Source: an uncultured delta proteobacterium (GTDB taxonomy: Bacteria; Myxococcota; Kuafuiibacteriia; Kuafuiibacteriales; Kuafuiibacteriaceae). From it: DNA of 32,000 bases. The notes under the pieces were generated by a model. The model worked only from the letters and a program-made list of their open reading frames with translations, ran no database searches and was not told the origin of the DNA. Below are positions 24,832-32,000 of the stretch, piece after piece (positions within the stretch are counted from its first letter, which is position 1; every line of letters begins with the position of its first letter). Made by a program: the position numbers and the translations under genes. The stretch is from the NCBI GenBank assembly GCA_963803435.1, contig CAWDML010000012.1, forward strand, positions 1-32,000. Direction: 5' to 3'.

Positions 24832-26451
24832 GTGAAGATCGAGCTCGTCGCCACTCGCAAGAACGCTGACCCCAGCGAACGGGAGCTCTATGAGCTCGAC
24901 CTGATGTTGAAGATCCTCGGCTTCAAGCGCGCCTTCATGGATCTGGGGCTCCAGACCGTCGCGAGCGTGACGCCCGAGCACCATCAGATCCGCTTCACCG
25001 ACGAGTACCTCGGTCCGATCCGCTACGACACCGACGCCGACATCGTCGCGCTCTCCGGCAAGACGTCCTGCATCACTCGCACGTACCAGGTGGCGGACGA
25101 GCTGCGGCGGCGGGGCAAGCGGGTGGTGCTGGGCGGGATCCACGCGTCGCTTCGGCCGGACGAGGCGCTGCAGCACGCGGACATCGTGGTGGGCGGTGAG
25201 GCCGAGGAGATCTGGCCACTGGTCCTCGCCGATCTGGAGCGGAACAAGCCCCGCCAGCTCTATCAGGCGCCCGGATATCCGGACCTGGCGCGCATCCCTT
25301 CGGCGAGCTCCGCCTTCGTCGAGTCGAAGAAGTACTTCTACCGGCAGATCCAGACCACCCGCGGCTGTCCCTTCATGTGCCGCTTCTGCAGCGTGCCCGA
25401 CATCGCCGGCCAGACGTTCCGCTTCAAGCCGGTGGAGAACGTCGTGCGCGAGATCCTCGACATGCCGGTCGAGGGCGGCCCCATCGCGCGCGCGCGACCG
25501 CTCTACGTCGTCGACGACAACTTCATCAGCAAGCCCAAGTACACCAAAGACCTCCTCCGCGCGCTGATCCCGCTGCGGAAGCGCGGGCGGCTGCCCGACT
25601 GGTCCGCGGAGACCACGCTGAACGTCGCCAAGGACGAGGAGCTGCTCGATCTCCTGGGCAAGGCAGGTTGCACGGTCCTGATCATCGGCTTCGAGTCGGT
25701 CACCGAGGCCACGCTCCAGGACATGGACAAGAGCGTGAACTTTTGCCTGACCTACCAGGAGGCCACCGACCTGATCCGCGCCCGCGGGATCAAGGTGGTC
25801 GGCAACTTCATCGTGGGCTTCGACACCGACGACCTGCGCGTCTTCAAGGACACGCTCGACTTCATCGATCAGAACCGGATCATGTATCCGTTCTTCAGCA
25901 TCCTCACGCCGATGCCGGGGACGCGCCTGTTCGACGACTTCGCCGCCACCGGCCGCCTCGATCACCAGCGCTGGGAGCTCTACGACACCCGCCACGTGGT
26001 GTTCGAGCCCAAACAGATGACCCGCGAGCAGCTGATGGACGGCTACGTGTGGATCTACGAGCAGGCGTACGGCGCCGACGCCCTGCTGGAGCGGCTCGAG
26101 AGCTGGTGGAAGCTCCCCTCCAGCCACGCCGCGCCCATGTCGGAGCGGCTCTTCATCGCCGCCCGCGTCAAGGCGCTCACGAGCGAGCAGGACCTCCCGG
26201 ATCGCAAGCTGCTCGCCGAGGCGATCAAGATGTACCTCGATCGCCGGCTCGCCGCGGAGACCGGCTCGCTCCTGTACATGCTCGACGCCAACCACTTCGC
26301 GCGCTTCCTCCACCGCTTCAAGAGCAGGCACGCGGCGGACAACGACCGGATCTTCGCAAACCCCGAGCTGGCGCAGGCCGAGTCCGCGCGGCGGATGCAG
26401 TGGGACAAGGTCAACAAGAAGCGGGCGCGGCGCCTGGCGGTGGTCGTGTGA
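24832..26451 (+). CDS. B12-binding domain-containing radical SAM protein (class B), substrate unknown
   Basis: GTG start. The N-terminal cobalamin-binding-like domain is DIVALSGKTSCITRTYQVADELRRRGKRVVLGGIHASLRPDEAL.HADIVVGGEAEEIW. The radical SAM cluster motif is TTRGCPFMCRFCSV (CX3CX2C). The intact 539-aa ORF has a basic C-terminal tail. Confidence 0.9.
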   Translation: MKIELVATRKNADPSERELYELDLMLKILGFKRAFMDLGLQTVASVTPEHHQIRFTDEYLGPIRYDTDADIVALSGKTSCITRTYQVADELRRRGKRVVLGGIHASLRPDEALQHADIVVGGEAEEIWPLVLADLERNKPRQLYQAPGYPDLARIPSASSAFVESKKYFYRQIQTTRGCPFMCRFCSVPDIAGQTFRFKPVENVVREILDMPVEGGPIARARPLYVVDDNFISKPKYTKDLLRALIPLRKRGRLPDWSAETTLNVAKDEELLDLLGKAGCTVLIIGFESVTEATLQDMDKSVNFCLTYQEATDLIRARGIKVVGNFIVGFDTDDLRVFKDTLDFIDQNRIMYPFFSILTPMPGTRLFDDFAATGRLDHQRWELYDTRHVVFEPKQMTREQLMDGYVWIYEQAYGADALLERLESWWKLPSSHAAPMSERLFIAARVKALTSEQDLPDRKLLAEAIKMYLDRRLAAETGSLLYMLDANHFARFLHRFKSRHAADNDRIFANPELAQAESARRMQWDKVNKKRARRLAVVV

Positions 26452-26947
26452 GCGCGAGGCGCAGGCCCGAGAGCTCCACCACGCGTCCCTCGAACTCCGA
26501 CTCCATGTCGACGAAGCGCATCAGGTTCATGCCCTGACCGATCGGCGGCCAGGGGGGAGGGAGCGCGCGCCAGCCCTCGCCGCTGCGCATGTGCGATCGA
26601 TCCGACGCGAACACCTCGAGGAAACGATCGCCGTCGATCACGCGGAAGCGCGGCGCCAGGGCGTCCGGGAGCGGGATGGGAAAGGTGCCGGCGATCCAGT
26701 CGTCGATCGCGATCGGCGAGCCCAGCCGCGAGTCGAGATCGTAGACCAGCCCGCCGGCGCCGAGCACGACGTGATAGTCCCAGACGACCGGCAACCCCGC
26801 CGGCGCGGCGCGCTGCTGCCAGAGCGCGCAGGTCCGCTCGGCGTTGCTGATGAACACGACCGTGCGCGCTCGATCGCGCATGCGATCGGCCAGGTGCCAC
26901 ACGTTCTCTTCGCAGTAGAAAGCTTGGTAGAGCTCGGTCACTTGCAC
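26411..26947 (-). CDS. protein N-terminal glutamine amidohydrolase homologue (NTAQ1 / WDYHV family)
   Basis: It aligns by eye along the whole length with human NTAQ1. The block pairs are [13 protein letters not shown] vs YSSCYCEENIWKL (catalytic Cys), [17 protein letters not shown] vs [27 protein letters not shown] vs PVIWDYHVVL (catalytic His), LVYDLDS vs [41 protein letters not shown] vs [37 protein letters not shown], and MNLMRFVDM vs MNLNDFISM. GTG start at 26947. The 3' end overlaps the convergent radical SAM gene by 41 nt. Confidence 0.85.
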   Translation of the reverse strand: [178 protein letters not shown]

Positions 26948-27525
26948 TCGAAGAGGAGCGTCTCGTCCGAGATGGTGAAGGCGTCGCCGTGGTTGATCTT
27001 GGCGCGCGTCACCTTCTCCCCGTTGAACCAGACGCCGTTGGCCGATCCGAGGTCCTCGATGTAGAGCTCGCCGTCGACGCGCGAGATGCTCGCGTGCTGG
27101 CGCGAGACCTTCGCGGAGGGGATCACGACGTCGCAGGTCCGGCTACGCCCGATGATCATCGTGTCCTTGTCGATCGCGATGGCCTCGTTGTTCTGCAGCG
27201 TGACCGTCCAGCGCCTCGCCTCGACGGCGACGGCCGCATGAGCGACCGGAGCCGCCCGACCGCCTGCGCCGTTCGGCGGGGCCACCGACGGGGCCTGACG
27301 CGGGACGCCGGCGGTCCCCGTGCACGGCACCACCGGGAAGGCGGCGAGGGCGCCCTGAACGGCCTTGGCGTCGAGCTCGTTCTCGGCCAGGACCAGGTCG
27401 ACGCCCTGCTCGCACACGTGGCAGCGGATGGTGGTCGGACACTCGGAGACCGAGAGCTCCAGCCAGTTCATGGGGCAGCTCTGGTCGTTCGGGCAGTTTG
27501 TCATCCAGCCCAGGCACTCGCGCAC
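26938..27525 (-). CDS. FHA domain protein with an N-terminal Cys-rich domain
   Basis: The C-terminal FHA domain is TMIIGRSRTCDVVIPSAKVSRQHASISRVDGELYIEDLGSANGVWFNGEKV. The N-terminus has 8 Cys (CLGWMTNCPNDQSCP...CPTTIRCHVCEQG). The stop overlaps the NTAQ1-like start region by 10 nt. Confidence 0.8.
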   Translation of the reverse strand: MRECLGWMTNCPNDQSCPMNWLELSVSECPTTIRCHVCEQGVDLVLAENELDAKAVQGALAAFPVVPCTGTAGVPRQAPSVAPPNGAGGRAAPVAHAAVAVEARRWTVTLQNNEAIAIDKDTMIIGRSRTCDVVIPSAKVSRQHASISRVDGELYIEDLGSANGVWFNGEKVTRAKINHGDAFTISDETLLFECK

Positions 27526-27538
27526 GGATAGAGAGATA

Positions 27539-27901
27539 TCATCTCCCCCGATAGGCGCAACGGGCGGTGCAGGTTTCCTGGACCGTGACCCGCGTGAGGC
27601 CAGGGAGCGCCGGCTCGAGGCGCTCCCAGATCCAGCGGGCGAGGTTCTCGCTGGTGGGGTTCTCCAATCCCTCGACCTCGTTGAGATAATGATGGTCGAG
27701 CCGCTCGAACAGGGGCCGAAACGCGAGCGTCAGATCCGCGAAGTCCACCACCCAGCCGGTGGTCGGGTCCACCTCGCCCTCGACCGCGATCTCGACCGAG
27801 AAGCTGTGGCCGTGCAGCCGTGCGCACTTGTGGCCCGCGGGGACGTTCGGGAGCCGGTGGGCGGCCTCGAAGGTGATCGTCTTCTGGATCTCGGCTCTCA
27901 C
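27539..27901 (-). CDS. queD: 6-carboxy-5,6,7,8-tetrahydropterin synthase
   Basis: From the GTG at 27901: [57 protein letters not shown]...[23 protein letters not shown]. 120 aa. The His triad and Cys motif are typical of QueD. It shares a GTGA overlap with the queC stop. Confidence 0.9.
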   Translation of the reverse strand: MRAEIQKTITFEAAHRLPNVPAGHKCARLHGHSFSVEIAVEGEVDPTTGWVVDFADLTLAFRPLFERLDHHYLNEVEGLENPTSENLARWIWERLEPALPGLTRVTVQETCTARCAYRGR

Positions 27902-28590
27902 GACGCAGGACCCCGGTAGCGGGTCGGATCGGTGACGCCCGCCTCCTCGAAGCCGCGCCTCCTCAACAGACAGGAGTCGCAATGGCCGCACGCCAGTCCG
28001 TTCTCGGAAGGATCGTAGCACGAGTGCGTGAGCGCATAGTCGACGCCGAGCTCGAGGCCGCGGCGGATGATCTCGGACTTGGTCATCGACATGAGGGGCG
28101 CGTGGATCCGGAACGGTGCGCCCTGGATCGCGGCCTTGGTGGCGACGTTGGCGAGGCGCTCGAACGCCTCCACGAAAGCCGGCCGGCAATCGGGATAGCC
28201 GGAGTAGTCGAGCGCGTTCGCACCGAAGAAGAGGTCGGAGGCGCCGACGGTCTCGGCGAGGCCGAGCGCCAGGGAGAGAAAGATCGTGTTCCGCGCCGGG
28301 ACGTACGTGACCGGAATGCCGGCCGCTCCCAGTGCGTCCTTCGGGACCTCGAATGCGTCGTCCGTGAGCGCCGAGCCCCCGATGGCACGCAGATCGAGAC
28401 GCACCACGCGATGGTCGTGGACCCCGACCTGCCGCGCCACGCGCGCCGCGGCGGTCAGCTCCGAGCGGTGGCGTTGCCCGTAGTCGAACGTGAGGCCGAA
28501 AACGAGAAAGCCCGCCTCCCTGGCAAGGGCGGCCACCGTGGCCGAATCGAGCCCCCCGGAGAGGAGCACGACTGCGTGCTTCCCTTCCAT
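27898..28590 (-). CDS. queC: 7-cyano-7-deazaguanine synthase
   Basis: From the ATG at 28590: [23 protein letters not shown] (PP-loop SGGLDS), ...[15 protein letters not shown]...[13 protein letters not shown]...A, and the C-terminal Zn cluster SCY....[17 protein letters not shown]. 230 aa. The listed ORF extends further 5' across the tRNA-Leu antisense strand and is not credible there. Confidence 0.9.
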   Translation of the reverse strand: MEGKHAVVLLSGGLDSATVAALAREAGFLVFGLTFDYGQRHRSELTAAARVARQVGVHDHRVVRLDLRAIGGSALTDDAFEVPKDALGAAGIPVTYVPARNTIFLSLALGLAETVGASDLFFGANALDYSGYPDCRPAFVEAFERLANVATKAAIQGAPFRIHAPLMSMTKSEIIRRGLELGVDYALTHSCYDPSENGLACGHCDSCLLRRRGFEEAGVTDPTRYRGPAS

Positions 28591-28633
28591 GCATTCTTCC
28601 TCTAACAGGATGGACCGTGCCTGTCGCCTGGAC

Positions 28634-28716
28634 GCGAGGATGGCGGAATTGGTAGACGCACTGGATTTAGGTTCCAGCGGGTAACACCCGTGCGGGTTCA
28701 AGTCCCGCTCTTCGCA
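28634..28716 (+). tRNA. tRNA-Leu (anticodon UAG), type II with a long variable arm; CCA not encoded
   Basis: The gene reads GCGAGGA-TG-GCGG-AATTGGTAGA-CGC-A-CTGGA-TTTAGGT-TCCAG-CGGGTAACACCCGT-GCGGG-TTCAAGT-CCCGC-TCTTCGC-A. Total 83 nt. The acceptor has 7 bp with one G:U. Confidence 0.9.
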
Positions 28717-28734
28717 TCGAGAGGATGTTTCTGA

Positions 28735-30153
<1,419 letters not shown>

Positions 30154-30217
30154 TCCCTGGGAACACCGGGCCCTTCTCTCGGGTTCTGTCAGCTAGTCTC
30201 TTCGAAAGGAGCGCATC

Positions 30218-30823
30218 TTGAGCTACCTCGTCCCCACCGTCATCGAGCAAACCCATCGCGGAGAGCGGGCCTACGACATCTGGTCCCGCCTGATGAAGGA
30301 TCGGATCGTCTTCCTCGGCACCGAGATCACCGACGACATCGCCAACGTCATCGTGGCGCAGCTGCTGTTCCTCGAGTCGGAGGATCCCGAGAAGGATGTG
30401 AACCTCTACATCAACAGCCCGGGCGGCAGTGTGTCTGCCGGCCTCGCGATCTATGACACCATGCAGTACGTGCGTTGCCCGATCACCACGATCTGCATCG
30501 GCCAGGCCGCCTCGATGGGGGCCGTCATTCTCGCCGCAGGTACCAAGGGACGGCGCAAGGCGCTGCCCCACTCGCGGATCATGATCCACCAACCGCTCGG
30601 CGGCGCGCGCGGTCAGGCCTCGGACATCGAGATCCAGGCGAAGGAAATCCTCAAGATGAAGCAGCTCTTGAGCAAGATCCTCGCGGACCACACCGGGAAA
30701 ACCATAGAGGGCGTCATTCGCGACTCCGATCGGGACAACTACATGTCCGCGATTCAGGCGAAGGAATACGGTCTCATCGACGACGTCGTGATCAGCAAGA
30801 AGGGCGAAAAGAACGAGGCGTAG
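30218..30823 (+). CDS. clpP: ATP-dependent Clp protease proteolytic subunit
   Basis: TTG start with an AAGGAG 7 nt upstream. The sequence reads [68 protein letters not shown]......[10 protein letters not shown] (catalytic Ser in GQAASMG), then HSRIMIHQP. Confidence 0.95.
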   Translation: MSYLVPTVIEQTHRGERAYDIWSRLMKDRIVFLGTEITDDIANVIVAQLLFLESEDPEKDVNLYINSPGGSVSAGLAIYDTMQYVRCPITTICIGQAASMGAVILAAGTKGRRKALPHSRIMIHQPLGGARGQASDIEIQAKEILKMKQLLSKILADHTGKTIEGVIRDSDRDNYMSAIQAKEYGLIDDVVISKKGEKNEA

Positions 30824-30892
30824 GAGTTAAGCGGCGTTCGGAGGATCGGCCATTGAAACACGGGCCGATTTCGGGCGTCATGGAATGGGTCG

Positions 30893-32000
<1,108 letters not shown>

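Noticed and set aside
24769-26331. A 520-aa minus-strand ORF antisense to the radical SAM gene. Similar shadow ORFs are 28759..29889 and 29295..29900 (antisense to tig), 29897..30691 (antisense to clpP) and 30878..31744 (antisense to clpX).
   Set aside because: The plus-strand frames carry unmistakable family motifs. The antisense products are repetitive Leu/Arg/Asp/Gly strings.
30845-30869. A hairpin ATCGGCC-11 nt-GGCCGAT between clpP and clpX as an intrinsic terminator.
   Set aside because: It has a 7-bp stem but only two or three U residues follow. clpP-clpX are normally co-transcribed. At most it is an attenuating structure.

Overview
High-GC (roughly 68-70 % by eye) bacterial chromosomal segment. 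The gene content (TIGR02996-type protein, beta-helix lipoproteins, four-helix-bundle gene, Pro/Cys-rich membrane proteins) suggests a Myxococcota-like deltaproteobacterium; this is inference only. The window has two parts. (1) From about 26.4 to 32 kb is conserved core. It holds a minus-strand queC-queD-FHA-NTAQ1-like gene string, tRNA-Leu(UAG), and tig-clpP-clpX, with clpX running off the end. (2) From 1 to about 20.8 kb is an accessory, strongly decayed region that ends at the 3' end of a tRNA-Sec (selC) gene. It contains IS21 and ISKra4 remnants and an intact hipBA toxin-antitoxin pair. It also contains many truncated, frameshifted or nonsense-mutated genes: P450, Zn-ADH, rhomboid, GATase-like, AlkZ-like, TIGR02996 protein, GFA and methyltransferase remnants. 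A few apparently intact genes remain (SAM-methyltransferase, GFA, MAPEG, TIM-barrel protein, beta-helix lipoprotein). Between the two parts lie ASCH, YceI and TetR genes, a degenerate IS1182-like element with about 65-bp terminal inverted repeats, and a B12-binding radical SAM gene. The most unusual items are these. (i) A 76-nt tRNA with initiator-tRNA-like acceptor and anticodon stems but anticodon AGU sits 5 nt upstream of a leaderless Pth2-like ORF, in a three-gene coupled operon (12.2-13.3 kb). (ii) A tRNA 3' half lies directly upstream of a tRNA(CAU) 5' half whose acceptor strands pair perfectly; this is either a permuted or a split tRNA arrangement (16.1-16.2 kb). (iii) A 123-bp tandem repeat of 4.5 copies fills the whole spacer next to selC. 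(iv) A clear bacterial homologue of eukaryotic N-terminal glutamine amidase (NTAQ1) is coupled to an FHA protein close to tig-clpP-clpX. (v) Trigger factor carries a (His-Asp)15 tail. All family assignments rest on motif-level recognition by eye; no database search was possible.
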